From Sphingobacterium thalpophilum (GTDB lineage: Bacteria; Bacteroidota; Bacteroidia; Sphingobacteriales; Sphingobacteriaceae), in contig CALRTZ010000003.1 in NCBI GenBank assembly GCA_943371235.1, positions 32,138-96,137 of the forward strand: a stretch of 64,000 bases of DNA, written 5' to 3'. Both the position numbers and the translations under genes were made by a program. The notes under the pieces were generated by a model that was not told the DNA's origin, searched no databases, and saw only the letters and a program-made list of their open reading frames with translations. Of the stretch, positions 8,981 through 20,257 are shown in pieces (position 1 is the stretch's first letter; the number at the start of each line of letters is the position of its first letter).

Positions 8981-11092
8981 TTAGATATTCTTATCTGTAT
9001 CTTCATTCAGGATGTCGGGTATTGGTTCTATCGCAATACTTGCCGTTTCTTCTGCAACTACTTCTTCCGTTTTTACCTCTTCAGCTTTAGCCTCTTCAAT
9101 TATAGCACCGTTTACAAATTCATCATAAGTAGTTCTAGTATCAAAGGGACGTTTACCCAATAACTCCTCTAAATCCGATTGGAATATAATTTCTCTTTGT
9201 AGTAAGGCTTGTGCAATTTTTTCTAAGCCTTCTCTGTGTTCTGTAAGCAATTCTTTGGTTTGCTCATACACCTCGTTAATTAATGCACGCACTTCAATAT
9301 CAATCATCTCGGCGGTTTTATCAGAATAAGGTTTACCAAAACCGTATTCACCTTGAGGATCATTGAAAGATACATTCCCTACATTTTTATTCATGCCATA
9401 CATGGTTACCATTGCATAGGCAAGTTTTGTAATTCTTTCTAAGTCGTTTTGTGCACCCGTAGATATTTTACCGAACACAATTTCTTCAGCGGCACGTCCG
9501 CCTAACGTCATTTTTATACTATCTAACAATTGTTCTGTAGTATATAAATATTGTTCTTTCGGTAAATACTGAGCATAGCCTAAAGCTGCAATACCACGTG
9601 GCACGATAGAAACTTTTACCAATGGATCTGCATGTTCTAAGAACCAACCTGCAATAGCATGGCCAGATTCATGATAAGCTACTATTCTTTTTTCTTCTGG
9701 TGATATAATTTTATTTCTCTTTTCTAAGCCGCCAATTACTCTATCAATTGCATCTTGAAAATCTTGCATGTCAATCGCTTTTTTGTCTCTACGAGCTGCT
9801 ATTAATGCTGCTTCGTTACAAACGTTCGCAATTTCTGCACCTGCAAAACCAGGAGTTTGAGCAGCTAATTTTTTCGTATCTACTTCTGGAGCCAATGTTA
9901 ATGGCTTCATGTGTACTTTAAATATTTGCTCTCTACCAATTAAATCTGGTCTGTCAATTGCAATTTGTCTATCAAATCTTCCTGGACGTAACAAAGCTGG
10001 GTCTAATACATCTGGTCTGTTTGTTGCAGCCATAATAATTACACCTGAGTCTGTTCCAAAACCATCCATCTCTACTAACAATTGATTTAAGGTATTTTCA
10101 CGCTCATCATTTCCACCCATAATTTGGTTTTTACCACGAGCACGGCCTACAGCATCAATCTCATCAATAAAAATAATACAAGGAGCTTTTTCTTTTGCTT
10201 GCTTAAATAAATCTCTTACACGTGATGCACCAACACCTACAAACATCTCTACGAAATCTGAACCAGATAATGAGAAGAAAGGAACTTGTGCTTCGCCGGC
10301 AACTGCTTTTGCAAGCAATGTTTTACCTGTACCAGGCGAACCCACTAATAAAACACCTTTCGGTATTTTACCACCAAGTGCTGTGTATTTCTTTGGATTC
10401 TTAAGGAAGTCTACTACTTCCATTACTTCCGTTTTCGCTTCTTCTAATCCTGCAACATCATTAAACGTAATGCTTACTTGCGATTCTTTGTCGAACAAAG
10501 TTGCTTTTGATTTACCGATATTAAATATTTGACCACCTGGACCAGATCCACCGCCAGACATTCTGCGCATAATGAAAATCCAAATAGCAGCCATTATTGC
10601 TAATGGTAAAATCCATGTCAATAAAAAATCTCTTCCCCAATTTGAGCGTTCTATAAACTGAATGTTTATTTGTTCGCTTGGAGTAAAGCCTTTCTGCAAT
10701 TCGCGTAGTTGTTCTTTCAGATCACTTACAGAACTAGTTGCTTCTGTGAAATAATAATGAGGTCCTGCACCAGACAGAAACTTACTGGTATTAATGTCTT
10801 TGTATTTTTCGTTTTGTAATTTATCTTTTTGCAAATAAATTTCTATGATGTATATATTACCTTGTTGAAAGGCAATTAGTTTTTCTACATCATGACTTAA
10901 TAACATTTCATTAGTAAAACGTTGGTAAGAAATTTCTTTCGCAGAATTACCTGAGTACATTATATTGAAGGCTAAAAAACCTACTAATATGATCCCGTAT
11001 ATCCAATAAAAATTAAATTTAGGGGGTTTAGGCAAAGTTCTTTTGGGTTTTCCATTAGAATTACCCGGATTTATTTTTTTATTATCTTCCAT
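8981..11092 (-). CDS. ftsH: ATP-dependent zinc metalloprotease FtsH
   Basis: Two N-terminal TM segments, AAA+ Walker A GSPGTGKT, Walker B IIFIDEID, second region of homology, and zinc site HESGHA. Confidence 0.97.
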   Translation of the reverse strand: MEDNKKINPGNSNGKPKRTLPKPPKFNFYWIYGIILVGFLAFNIMYSGNSAKEISYQRFTNEMLLSHDVEKLIAFQQGNIYIIEIYLQKDKLQNEKYKDINTSKFLSGAGPHYYFTEATSSVSDLKEQLRELQKGFTPSEQINIQFIERSNWGRDFLLTWILPLAIMAAIWIFIMRRMSGGGSGPGGQIFNIGKSKATLFDKESQVSITFNDVAGLEEAKTEVMEVVDFLKNPKKYTALGGKIPKGVLLVGSPGTGKTLLAKAVAGEAQVPFFSLSGSDFVEMFVGVGASRVRDLFKQAKEKAPCIIFIDEIDAVGRARGKNQIMGGNDERENTLNQLLVEMDGFGTDSGVIIMAATNRPDVLDPALLRPGRFDRQIAIDRPDLIGREQIFKVHMKPLTLAPEVDTKKLAAQTPGFAGAEIANVCNEAALIAARRDKKAIDMQDFQDAIDRVIGGLEKRNKIISPEEKRIVAYHESGHAIAGWFLEHADPLVKVSIVPRGIAALGYAQYLPKEQYLYTTEQLLDSIKMTLGGRAAEEIVFGKISTGAQNDLERITKLAYAMVTMYGMNKNVGNVSFNDPQGEYGFGKPYSDKTAEMIDIEVRALINEVYEQTKELLTEHREGLEKIAQALLQREIIFQSDLEELLGKRPFDTRTTYDEFVNGAIIEEAKAEEVKTEEVVAEETASIAIEPIPDILNEDTDKNI

Positions 11093-11118
11093 TTGTTTAA
11101 AATTCCTTTTTAAATAAT

Positions 11119-11514
11119 TTAAGCTGATTGATAGGTTGCTACTTCGGCATCACCCCATAAATCTTCAAAACCATAATGTTCTCTTTTTTCTGTTCTAAAA
11201 ATATGAACTACTACACTTACAAAATCTAACAGTATCCACTCCGAATTCTGAAACCCTTCTTTATGCCAAGGCTCTTCTCCGAATGCTTTGTACATCTCAT
11301 CTTCTACAGAATCGGCAATTGCTTTTACTTGTGTAGATGAATCGGCGTGACAAACCACAAAAAAATCACTGACAGAACTGCTGATGTTTCGTAAATCGAG
11401 GCTCACAATATCTTTTGCCTTTTTCTCTTGCATACCAAGTACAATAACTTCGGTGATGCGTTTAGATTCTTCTAAATTGTTGCTTGTTTCTTTAAGCTGT
11501 TTGTTTCTAAGCAT
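11119..11514 (-). CDS. rsfS: ribosome silencing factor RsfS
   Basis: 131 aa. DFFVVCHADSSTQVKAI ... WILLDFVSVVVHIF matches the RsfS/IojAP family. Confidence 0.9.
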   Translation of the reverse strand: MLRNKQLKETSNNLEESKRITEVIVLGMQEKKAKDIVSLDLRNISSSVSDFFVVCHADSSTQVKAIADSVEDEMYKAFGEEPWHKEGFQNSEWILLDFVSVVVHIFRTEKREHYGFEDLWGDAEVATYQSA

Positions 11515-11566
11515 TAAAAGCGATTAATTTACACAAAAATAAAAATTATACGTTTACATCTATACT

Positions 11567-12328
11567 ATGTCGGCAATATTCACAGGTAAAAATATAATAT
11601 ACTTTAACCGTGTTACCTCCACTAACAACGTTCTATCCGAAATGTTGTCAAATTCCAAGCCATTAGCTGAGGGCTCGGTAATAATGGCAGAAGAACAAAG
11701 CCATGGAAGAGGTCAGCACGGCACATTTTGGGAGTCCAGCCCCGGGAAAAACATCACCATCAGTATACTTTATAAACCAGAATTCTTAACGATTGAAAAG
11801 CAATTTTATTTGTCGATGGCTATAAGTATTGGCATTTGTAACTTTTTAGAAGATGTTTTAAATACGAAGGTTAAAATAAAATGGCCGAACGATATTTATG
11901 TGGGAAATACTAAAATTGCAGGGATACTAATAGAAAACAGCCTGATAGGTAGCTATTTAAAATCTAGTATCATCGGAATTGGCTTAAATGTAAATCAAGT
12001 ACAGTTCAACAGCGAAGCCCCCAACCCTTGCTCAATGAAAATACTTACCGGCAAGGAATTTAACATAAATGAGCTATTGCCTCGTTTATTTGAAGAGATT
12101 GAAATTCAATATTTAAATTTAAAAGCCAAGAAATTATCCTATTTAAAAGAAAAATACCTCAGTAAATTGTACAGATTTGGGGAAGAAGCCCTGTACAAAG
12201 TAAAAGGCAAAACAATTAAATGTAATATAAGTGACATTGAAGAAAGCGGAAAGTTAGTATTATTGACGGAAGAAGGGCTTCGTAGCTACGATACTAAAGA
12301 AATTGAGTTCATCTTTAAAATAAATTGA
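11567..12328 (+). CDS. birA: biotin--[acetyl-CoA-carboxylase] ligase (group I, no HTH)
   Basis: GRGQHGTFWES (GRGRxGRxW-like motif) and KWPNDIY motif. Confidence 0.85.
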   Translation: MSAIFTGKNIIYFNRVTSTNNVLSEMLSNSKPLAEGSVIMAEEQSHGRGQHGTFWESSPGKNITISILYKPEFLTIEKQFYLSMAISIGICNFLEDVLNTKVKIKWPNDIYVGNTKIAGILIENSLIGSYLKSSIIGIGLNVNQVQFNSEAPNPCSMKILTGKEFNINELLPRLFEEIEIQYLNLKAKKLSYLKEKYLSKLYRFGEEALYKVKGKTIKCNISDIEESGKLVLLTEEGLRSYDTKEIEFIFKIN

Positions 12329-12358
12329 TATTTTTGAACATTAACCCATTTATTACAA

Positions 12359-14404
12359 ATGAAAAAAATAATTGTTCTGTTTTTATTGAGTGCCATCAGT
12401 GTACTTGGATATTCACAAATATTAAATCCAGTAAAATGGACATACTCTGTTGAAAACAATGGAAGCGAAAAAGCAACCTTGGTAATAAATGCAAAAATTG
12501 ATAAAGGTTGGCATTTGTATTCTCAGTTTGTAGGCGAAGGAGGCCCAGTACCTACCAGTTTTAGATTTGAAAAGTCGGATGCATTTACTCTTTCTGGAAA
12601 TGTAAAAGAAGTACCAAAAGCTAAACCATTCTTCGATGACATATTCGGCATGCAAGTAGCATGGTTCGAAAAGTCGGCTACGTTTAAGCAAGAAATAAAA
12701 GTAAGTAGCAAAACAGATTTTAAAGTTAAAGGCACTTTAGAATTTATGGTTTGTGATGATAAACAATGTTTACCTCCAGAAGAAGTTGAATTTACATTTG
12801 ATGTAAAAGGTGTAGCTACTAGTGTAAGCACTACTAAAACAGAAGAACCTAAAACAACTGTTGAAGATACCGCTGTAAGCAAAGTAAATACAGTTGTTAC
12901 AGCAACTGTTGATACTTCTAAAAAAGACAGTGTATCTAACATTGCGGATACGGTATTGAGCAGTAAAGATGAAGAGAAGAGTTCGATGTGGGGTATATTT
13001 TTTCAAGGATTTTTATTTGGATTTGTAGCCTTGTTAATGCCATGTATCTTCCCGATGATTCCGTTAACGGTAAGTTTTTTTACTAAACAAAGTAAATCTC
13101 GTGCAGTTGGAATTCGTAATGCATTAATATACGGATTATCGATTGTAGTAATATATGTAGGCTTAGGTTTAGGCATCACTATTTTATTAGGAGCAAGCGC
13201 GCTTAACGAGCTCTCCAGCGATGCAATATTCAACTTGATATTTTTCTTAGTACTGGTAATTTTTGCCACCTCCTTTTTTGGTGCATTCGAAATTACTTTA
13301 CCAAGTTCTTGGTCTACCAAAGCAGATGAAAAAGCAGATAAAGGCGGATTGATAGGAATCTTTTTTATGGCTGTTGTATTAGCCATTGCTTCATTCTCAT
13401 GTACAGGTCCGTTAATTGGAACTTTGCTTGTAGACGCTGCAAACAAAGGGCAGTACATGGGTCCGTTCTTAGGGATGTTAGGATTCTCGATTTCGTTAGC
13501 CTTGCCCTTTACCTTATTCGCCATATTCCCTTCGTGGTTAAACTCAATGCCAAAATCTGGCGGATGGTTAAACTCCGTAAAAGTTACCTTAGGTTTTATT
13601 GAATTAGCATTCGCATTAAAATTCTTGTCGAATGTTGACATGGCTTATCATTGGGGAATTTTAGACAGAGAAGTATTTATTGTTTTATGGGTAATTATTT
13701 TTGCGATGTTGGGTATGTACTTATTAGGTAAGTTAAGATTCTCGCATGATAGTGAAGTGAAACACGTATCGGTAACTCGATTATTTTTATCCATCATCAC
13801 CTTAAGTTTTGCTTTGTATTTAGTACCTGGTTTATGGGGAGCACCGTTAAAAGCAGTAAGCGGATTTTTACCACACCAAGGAACTCAAGATTTCGATTTG
13901 TACTCGAGTAAGTTTGCTGCAGCATCAGGAGAAAGCACGCACAGTACTGGAGTAAAAAAATACGGAGATAAATTACATGCACCCTTGGGCATAGATGCTT
14001 TCTTTGATTACGATGAAGGATTAGCGTATGCAAAAAAAGTGGGCAAGCCTGTATTCCTTGATTTTACTGGACACAGCTGTACCAACTGCAGAAAAATGGA
14101 AAATGCTGTGTGGCCAGATCCAGAAGTTTTGCGCAGATTAAAAAATGATTTTGTTGTAATTTCTTTATATGTGGATGATCGCACGGAACTTGCCGAATCA
14201 GAAAAATACGTATCCACCTATACTGGCAAAAAAGTAAAAACCATTGGCAATAGAAATGTTGATTTACAAGTTTCAAAATTCAATAGCAACGCACAACCCT
14301 TGTATGTAATTGTAGATGCAGATGGCAAAGCGTTAACCGGAACATTTGGCTATAAAGAAGATGTACCAGGATATATAGAGTTTTTGGATAGTTGGAAAAA
14401 ATGA
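12359..14404 (+). CDS. DsbD-like thiol:disulfide interchange protein (N-terminal periplasmic domain, DsbD membrane core, thioredoxin-fold domain)
   Basis: Signal peptide, multi-TM core with conserved Cys/Pro (LLMPCIFPMIPL, SFSCTGP), and a C-terminal thioredoxin-like CTNC motif. Confidence 0.8.
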   Translation: MKKIIVLFLLSAISVLGYSQILNPVKWTYSVENNGSEKATLVINAKIDKGWHLYSQFVGEGGPVPTSFRFEKSDAFTLSGNVKEVPKAKPFFDDIFGMQVAWFEKSATFKQEIKVSSKTDFKVKGTLEFMVCDDKQCLPPEEVEFTFDVKGVATSVSTTKTEEPKTTVEDTAVSKVNTVVTATVDTSKKDSVSNIADTVLSSKDEEKSSMWGIFFQGFLFGFVALLMPCIFPMIPLTVSFFTKQSKSRAVGIRNALIYGLSIVVIYVGLGLGITILLGASALNELSSDAIFNLIFFLVLVIFATSFFGAFEITLPSSWSTKADEKADKGGLIGIFFMAVVLAIASFSCTGPLIGTLLVDAANKGQYMGPFLGMLGFSISLALPFTLFAIFPSWLNSMPKSGGWLNSVKVTLGFIELAFALKFLSNVDMAYHWGILDREVFIVLWVIIFAMLGMYLLGKLRFSHDSEVKHVSVTRLFLSIITLSFALYLVPGLWGAPLKAVSGFLPHQGTQDFDLYSSKFAAASGESTHSTGVKKYGDKLHAPLGIDAFFDYDEGLAYAKKVGKPVFLDFTGHSCTNCRKMENAVWPDPEVLRRLKNDFVVISLYVDDRTELAESEKYVSTYTGKKVKTIGNRNVDLQVSKFNSNAQPLYVIVDADGKALTGTFGYKEDVPGYIEFLDSWKK

Positions 14405-14565
14405 AAGGCCGAAAATCCGATAGACCGATAAGCCGTTAATTAGAAAAACCGAAAGGCAGAAATTCCGAAATTTAAATTATCGGTTTTTCTGCCTTTCAGA
14501 TTTTCGGTCTATCGGTCTTTCGGTTTATCGGATTCTCGGCCTTTCGGCCTATCGGATTTTCGGTT
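14405..14565. repeat. about 160-bp imperfect palindrome built from 8-bp-period CCGAWA/TWTCGG units
   Basis: It fills the whole spacer between the convergent dsbD-like and lipid-kinase genes. The left arm has ggccgaaa/atccgata/gaccgata units and the right arm has ttttcggt/ctatcggt/ctttcggt units. Central perfect 12-bp stem: gaaaggcagaaa (14451-14462) with tttctgcctttc (14486-14497). Confidence 0.85.
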
Positions 14566-15447
14566 CTACGCAATAACAATCAGCTTCTCTGGCAATACCG
14601 TAACTTTAAACGGAACACTGCCTTTAATCTCCCCATCTATGGTGAGGGCTTGGTGGTATTCGGATTCAATTTGAATAGTTTTTACTTGCCTATATTCTAA
14701 ATATTTTGAGTTGATGTGTTTACCCGAATAAATTTTGGGGAACAATTTCAGCAAATTACTGAGTGCCGTTTTACGTACTAATAATACATCCAACAAACCA
14801 TCTTGCAAATCTGCCATTGGAGCCATTTTCATTCCTTTACCTGTATGTTTAGTATTCAGAATTAAAATAAAAGAAAACTCTTCATTGTATTTTACATCAT
14901 CAAGTTCCACTTTTAATCGAGCGGATGGGTTACTAAGCATTTGAATAAATGAAGATACAGTATACCTCGGCGGACCAAGCCAGCGAAGCTCTTCTGCTAA
15001 TCTGCTAATGTCATTTATTAATCCCCAACCAATCATGTTAAATGAAATATACGAGTGATTGTCCATTTCTATTTTCATCAAATCGATGGGCATGGTTCTG
15101 AACTGACGTAATCTGTCGCTTGCTTTTTGGTAGGTAAGCGAATCGAAATCGTGGTTAAATGCATTGCCGCTACCTGCCGGGAATAGCAAAATCGGTAAGT
15201 CTAAACGGTTGTTAATGTATAGTGCATTTACCACATCGTGCATGGTACCATCGCCACCAAGCACTAATACAGCATCTATTCCAGTTAATATGGTTTGATC
15301 TATAAAGCGAGAAAAGTAACCTGCACTTTTGCTTTCTAACACAATAAACACATCGTCTTTAAAGTCTTTACGCAACATTGAAAGCATTTTTAGTGCTTTA
15401 TGCGTGCCTGCCAAAGGGTTTAAAGTGCATAAATATTTTTTACTCAT
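14566..15447 (-). CDS. diacylglycerol/lipid kinase family protein (YegS/BmrU-like)
   Basis: LVLGGDGTMHDVVNAL catalytic-domain motif. 293 aa. Confidence 0.8.
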   Translation of the reverse strand: MSKKYLCTLNPLAGTHKALKMLSMLRKDFKDDVFIVLESKSAGYFSRFIDQTILTGIDAVLVLGGDGTMHDVVNALYINNRLDLPILLFPAGSGNAFNHDFDSLTYQKASDRLRQFRTMPIDLMKIEMDNHSYISFNMIGWGLINDISRLAEELRWLGPPRYTVSSFIQMLSNPSARLKVELDDVKYNEEFSFILILNTKHTGKGMKMAPMADLQDGLLDVLLVRKTALSNLLKLFPKIYSGKHINSKYLEYRQVKTIQIESEYHQALTIDGEIKGSVPFKVTVLPEKLIVIA

Positions 15448-15517
15448 TCATAAGGGATTTAATACAATATAGTAAAAAGGATTCTTAAATTTGACAAACG
15501 CAACCGAATAATTACAG

Positions 15518-16087
15518 ATGAATTCCATTAAGAAGCAATTTGAAGAGGCGCAAGTATTGCTCGATGCCTTTATAAAAAACGAAGAAAATTTTAAAAAGAT
15601 TGAGCAAGCGGGGGAACTAATGTGCAGTGCAATAAAAGCAGGCAACAAAATAATATCATGTGGCAACGGAGGTTCTATGAGCGATGCGATGCATTTTGCG
15701 GAGGAGTTGAGCGGAAGGTATAGAGATGATAGAAAATCTATCGCTGCCATTTCTATAAGTGACCCTACTCACATAACTTGTGTTGGCAACGACTATGGTT
15801 TCGATTTTATTTTTTCGCGCTTTGTTGAAGGATTAGGAAATGCAGGAGATGTATTGCTTGCTATAAGTACCTCTGGTAATTCTAAAAATGTATTAGAGGC
15901 TGCAAAAGCAGCAAAAGCAAAAGGCCTGAAAGTAGTAGCGCTTACAGGTAAAGATGGAGGAGCCTTGGCTCATCATTGCGATGTAGAAATTAGAGCACCA
16001 CATGCTAACTTTGCAGATCGCGCACAAGAAATACACATCAAAATAATACATACCTTAATTGGATACATAGAAGAAAAATGTATTTAA
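15518..16087 (+). CDS. gmhA: SIS-domain D-sedoheptulose-7-phosphate isomerase
   Basis: CGNGGSMSDAMHFAEEL ... ISTSGNSKNV ... LTGKDGG pattern of GmhA/DiaA. Confidence 0.8.
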   Translation: MNSIKKQFEEAQVLLDAFIKNEENFKKIEQAGELMCSAIKAGNKIISCGNGGSMSDAMHFAEELSGRYRDDRKSIAAISISDPTHITCVGNDYGFDFIFSRFVEGLGNAGDVLLAISTSGNSKNVLEAAKAAKAKGLKVVALTGKDGGALAHHCDVEIRAPHANFADRAQEIHIKIIHTLIGYIEEKCI

Positions 16088-16108
16088 TTTTTTTACTGAT
16101 AAATAAAC

Positions 16109-16474
16109 ATGCTTAGTTTTTTCTTAAAACCCAACAGAATTTTAGCCGGCGCATTGCTCTTAATCGTTTGTTCATTATTCATCATTCCTATACACGCAAT
16201 CGACAAACACATCATCTCAATTTTATTTACTATTTATTGTTTCATTGCTTATTTCAGAGTGAAAAAAAATGGAGTGGAATTTTATTCGGAGCGAGTAATG
16301 CAAAACAAAGGATTGCTATTTGTGAGTTTACTATGGATTTTAAGTTTGTTGATGATCGAAACAAATGTTAAAATAGATTGGTATGAAAACAGTGCAATTA
16401 CCAGAAATATATTAAGCGGAATTGGTATTATATATGCAAGTTTATTTTTTTACAGAGTTTTTTGGAAGAAATAA
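16109..16474 (+). CDS. hypothetical membrane protein
   Basis: Four predicted hydrophobic helices. No family recognised. Confidence 0.5.
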   Translation: MLSFFLKPNRILAGALLLIVCSLFIIPIHAIDKHIISILFTIYCFIAYFRVKKNGVEFYSERVMQNKGLLFVSLLWILSLLMIETNVKIDWYENSAITRNILSGIGIIYASLFFYRVFWKK

Positions 16475-16510
16475 TTACTAAATTTCTTCTTTCGGAAAAT
16501 GTACCTCCTA

Positions 16511-16547
16511 TTAGCACACTAGCACATTATCTCACTAGCACACTAAC
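16511..16547. repeat. 8-bp-period array, ctagcaca family
   Basis: ttagcacactagcacattatctcactagcacactaac, overlapping the stop of the comM-like gene. Related arrays lie at 35468, 56771 and 57053. Confidence 0.8.
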
Positions 16548-18084
16548 TTACCTGCCAGGTATCCCTGTCTAAACTCCTGTAATTAATAGCTTCCGCAAGG
16601 TGCTCCAGTTCTATGTTTGTTGATTTTTCTAAATCGGCAATGGTGCGTGCTACTTTTAAAATGCGATCGTACGCACGAGCAGATAGGCCAAGTTTTTCCA
16701 TTGCATTTTTTAACATTGCATTTCCATCTTCGTTAATGATGCAAATACTTCGAACTTTTTTAGGACTCATTTGCGCATTGCAATGCACTAATTTATTTTC
16801 CTTAAATCGCTCCGATTGTATCTTTCGTGCTTCTATTACTCGAGCACGTATATCAGCACTTTTTTCTGAAACTTTTTTAGTTGATAATTCATTAAAACCA
16901 ACGGGAGTAACTTCAATGTGTATGTCTATACGATCTAACAATGGCCCCGATACTTTATTCAAATATTTTTGCACATTGCCGGGTCCGCAACTGCAGTCTT
17001 TAGTTGGATGATTAAAGTACCCACATGGGCATGGGTTCATTGATGCAACCAACATAAAACTGGCAGGATATTCTATAGAAAAGCGCGCCCTCGAAATGGT
17101 TACTCTGCGCTCTTCTAATGGTTGGCGCATTACCTCCAATACTTGGCGTTTAAATTCTGGGAGTTCATCTAAAAATAATACACCGTGGTGCGCTAAAGAA
17201 ATTTCTCCAGGTTGCGGAAATCCTCCGCCGCCCACTAATGCTACATCGGATATGGTATGGTGCGGAGATCTAAATGGCCTTGTAGAAATTAAGGCATCAC
17301 TGCTTTTTAATTTCCCTGCTACCGAATGTATTTTGGTAGTTTCTAATGCTTCTGATAAACTTAATGGAGGCAGTATGGTGGCTAAGCGTTTTGCAAGCAT
17401 GGTTTTACCTGCGCCGGGTGGACCAATAAGTATCAGATTGTGTCCGCCTGCGGCTGCAATTTCCATTGCTCGCTTAATGTTCTCCTGCCCTTTTACATCA
17501 GAAAAATCGGTGTCGAAATTTTCTGCTCTCGCAAAAAACTCGTCGCGTGTATCTAATTTATAAGGCTCAAACTCTTTCGCACCAGTTAAAAAGGCTACGA
17601 CCTCTGAAATGTTTTCCATTCCAAAAACTTTCAATCCTCCAACAATTGCAGCTTCTCTTACATTTTTTTGAGGAAGTATAAATCCCTCAAACCCTCTCTT
17701 CTTCGCTTCAATTGCTATTGGCAAGGCTCCTTTAATGGCTTTCAAACTTCCATCTAAAGAAAGTTCTCCCATCATTAAATATGTATCTAGTTTTTCTGTT
17801 GGAATTTGTTCACTAGCGGCGAGTATGCCCACTGCAATGGTTAAGTCGTATGCCGATCCTTCCTTTCTAATGTCTGCCGGCGCCATGTTTACCACAATCT
17901 TCATCCTTGGCATCACCAATCCTACATGTTTTAAAGCCGACTCTATTCTGAGATTGCTCTCCTTCACCGCACTGTCTGGCAACCCTACTAAATGGTAATC
18001 TACGCCCGTTACAATGTTTACCTCTACCGTAATGAGAATTGCGTTCACCCCGTGTACTGCACTTCCATAAGTTTTCACTAACAT
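16543..18084 (-). CDS. YifB/ComM-family Mg-chelatase-like AAA+ ATPase
   Basis: Lon-protease-like N-domain, Walker A GPPGAGKT, Walker [10 protein letters not shown], and C-terminal Mg-chelatase subunit ChlI-like region. Confidence 0.9.
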   Translation of the reverse strand: MLVKTYGSAVHGVNAILITVEVNIVTGVDYHLVGLPDSAVKESNLRIESALKHVGLVMPRMKIVVNMAPADIRKEGSAYDLTIAVGILAASEQIPTEKLDTYLMMGELSLDGSLKAIKGALPIAIEAKKRGFEGFILPQKNVREAAIVGGLKVFGMENISEVVAFLTGAKEFEPYKLDTRDEFFARAENFDTDFSDVKGQENIKRAMEIAAAGGHNLILIGPPGAGKTMLAKRLATILPPLSLSEALETTKIHSVAGKLKSSDALISTRPFRSPHHTISDVALVGGGGFPQPGEISLAHHGVLFLDELPEFKRQVLEVMRQPLEERRVTISRARFSIEYPASFMLVASMNPCPCGYFNHPTKDCSCGPGNVQKYLNKVSGPLLDRIDIHIEVTPVGFNELSTKKVSEKSADIRARVIEARKIQSERFKENKLVHCNAQMSPKKVRSICIINEDGNAMLKNAMEKLGLSARAYDRILKVARTIADLEKSTNIELEHLAEAINYRSLDRDTWQVS

Positions 18085-18146
18085 GCTGTAAAACTAAGTG
18101 GCAGTGTTCATTTACTCAACTGCATATATGCAGGTTTTTTTATGCA

Positions 18147-18203
18147 GGATGATAGATAGTGGATGATAAATAGTGGATGATATATGCAGGATGATATATG
18201 CAG
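18147..18203. repeat. 14-bp tandem repeat, four units (ggatgataKatWgY)
   Basis: ggatgatagatagt / ggatgataaatagt / ggatgatatatgca / ggatgatatatgca. Lies between the comM-like start and the transglycosylase stop. Confidence 0.85.
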
Positions 18204-18206
18204 TTT

Positions 18207-20168
18207 TTACTCCGTTTCTAACAAGGTTTTCAACTCTTCCATTTCTTCTTCCGACTCTGGAATAATTTGCAAAGAATCTACTACTACATAATTTCTGGCA
18301 ATGCCTCGCAATACAACCGAATTGAAAATACCAACAGTGTCTGAAGCTGGAACTTTGCCGCGCCTTACCATCAAACCTCCAATAAAACGGAAGTAATTAT
18401 GCATGTAGGGTTTCAACGTACCATCTGCTAAAAATGAATATTTAAATTTCTTAGGCTTCGGAACGATACTTGCTAAAAAAATACTCTCCCCTAAATTTAA
18501 TTGCGATGGTTTTTTGTTGAAATAAAAATGTGCTGCCTCTGTAATTCCGTAAACATTAGGTGCCCACTCAATAATATTTAAATACACTTCGTACATTCTT
18601 TGTTTAGAAGTAAGTCTATTGTTTTCGATCAACCAAACAATAATCATTTCCTCTAGTTTACGCGCCACCGTTTTGTTTCTGCTCAAGAAAACATTTTTTA
18701 CCAATTGCATAGAAATCGTACTCCCTCCGCGCTTAAATCTTTTTGCTACAAAGTTGGTCGCAATCGATTGGCGAAAGGCTTCTTCGTAAAATCCTCTATG
18801 GCTAAAAAACAAAGGGTCTTCTGTGGTGAGTAATGCATTTTTTATATTATCGGATATTTGCTCGTATGGTGTGTAGTTAGGATTTGAAGGCCCTACATAA
18901 ATGGAACGTGCAGCATAACCCACTTCATACGGTACATGTACAAAATCCGAATTCATTTTTTGCAAATTCGTTTCTCCAAATTTTACAATTGTGAAGCTAT
19001 TTTTTGTTAAGCCCGAATTAAATTTACACTTCCAAGGTGATAACTCATCTAAATAAAAGTTTAAATGATAACCAAGTTTTCCTTGCACTTGCAAGCCTTC
19101 TAGCGTAGCGAATAATCCTTGAGGAAATGAATTGAAAAAATCTTGTGCAGGCATCTCCTCAATATCAAACTTCAACTCGTATATTTTTGATGGCGAAATG
19201 GTGTACTTAATATACGGCCTCGCTTTTATCATGCCTAAATACGCCACAGAAGAACTATCAATAGAAATAGATTTCTCTCCGATAAACATATTGCAATCGA
19301 TAGAAGCTATATCTACGACAACATCTTTTTGTGCTATTCTCGGATGGTTTACGGTTAAATTTTTTAATGCCCAATTACCAAAAATACGAAGTTCACCAGA
19401 GGCATATTCAATATTATCCATGCGTGTAGAAACCGTATCAAAACTTAATTTCAATCCGAATTTTTGTTCTAAATAAGGCAGCTCTACTTTTTTGTTATCA
19501 GCAAAAAAACGAACGTTTAATTTTTTATCTGATGGATACAACTGCCCTTCCATGTGCCATACCGATTCGTTGTTATTTAAAATTAAGGTTGAATTTAATT
19601 GATGATCATTTATCGAAATAGAATTTGCATTAATGGTAAATGCATGTTCCTCATCCACCACATTTAAACGATAATTGGTAATCGACATGTTGTTGGGAAC
19701 TTTGTATAAAAGTTCGTTAATCAAATTATCGGCAAGGTTTGCTAAATCAACACCCGATTGATCTTTTTTAACTGTGTCTTTGGGTGTTTTATTTTTCAAT
19801 AAAAAATCGAAATTACGCTTCCCATTTTTATTGATAATGTTTAATACGGCATTGGATGAAATTAATTCGTCGATTTTTACATTGCCAATAAATAATGGAA
19901 AAATTGCAACACTAACTTTAAACTGATTAATTCGGATAAGTGTATCGGCACTATCGGGAACTACACTTATATTTTTAAATTCAACAGTACTTAGTCCTAC
20001 AAATCCTGCTTTTTCTATTTTTATAGTTAGTTGATGTTTGCGTTTTTCAGAAGCGATTACCCTATCAATTACTTTTTCCAAAATACTTTGGCGAAATGCA
20101 ATCATCAATATAAAAGACAAGAGCAGAACCCCCAAAAACACATAAATTGCAATTCGTAATTTTTTCAT
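18207..20168 (-). CDS. membrane-anchored protein with C-terminal GT51 peptidoglycan transglycosylase domain
   Basis: TEDPLFFSHRGF and RGGSTISMQLVKN glycosyltransferase-51 motifs. Long N-terminal region of unknown function after one TM helix. Confidence 0.8.
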   Translation of the reverse strand: MKKLRIAIYVFLGVLLLSFILMIAFRQSILEKVIDRVIASEKRKHQLTIKIEKAGFVGLSTVEFKNISVVPDSADTLIRINQFKVSVAIFPLFIGNVKIDELISSNAVLNIINKNGKRNFDFLLKNKTPKDTVKKDQSGVDLANLADNLINELLYKVPNNMSITNYRLNVVDEEHAFTINANSISINDHQLNSTLILNNNESVWHMEGQLYPSDKKLNVRFFADNKKVELPYLEQKFGLKLSFDTVSTRMDNIEYASGELRIFGNWALKNLTVNHPRIAQKDVVVDIASIDCNMFIGEKSISIDSSSVAYLGMIKARPYIKYTISPSKIYELKFDIEEMPAQDFFNSFPQGLFATLEGLQVQGKLGYHLNFYLDELSPWKCKFNSGLTKNSFTIVKFGETNLQKMNSDFVHVPYEVGYAARSIYVGPSNPNYTPYEQISDNIKNALLTTEDPLFFSHRGFYEEAFRQSIATNFVAKRFKRGGSTISMQLVKNVFLSRNKTVARKLEEMIIVWLIENNRLTSKQRMYEVYLNIIEWAPNVYGITEAAHFYFNKKPSQLNLGESIFLASIVPKPKKFKYSFLADGTLKPYMHNYFRFIGGLMVRRGKVPASDTVGIFNSVVLRGIARNYVVVDSLQIIPESEEEMEELKTLLETE

Positions 20169-20257
20169 AATAGCAAACCAATAGGTGAAATTACTCGTTA
20201 TTGATTAATAACAAAGAAAAAATTACACATTGGCACGAACTTAGCTATTGAATAAGT

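Noticed and set aside
13003-13641. 212-aa antisense ORF (plus 12422..12691, 12523..12942 and 12770..13006) inside the dsbD-like gene
   Set aside because: They lie opposite a gene with clear DsbD and thioredoxin motifs. The translations are low-complexity with no motifs. These are typical shadow ORFs. The same reasoning applies to the other antisense ORFs inside prfA, ftsH, the comM-like gene, typA, actA-C, ctaD, the giant T9SS gene and others.
15448-15750. 100-aa minus-strand ORF upstream of the lipid kinase gene
   Set aside because: It overlaps the well-supported gmhA 5' region on the opposite strand. The peptide is Ser/Leu-rich and low-complexity.
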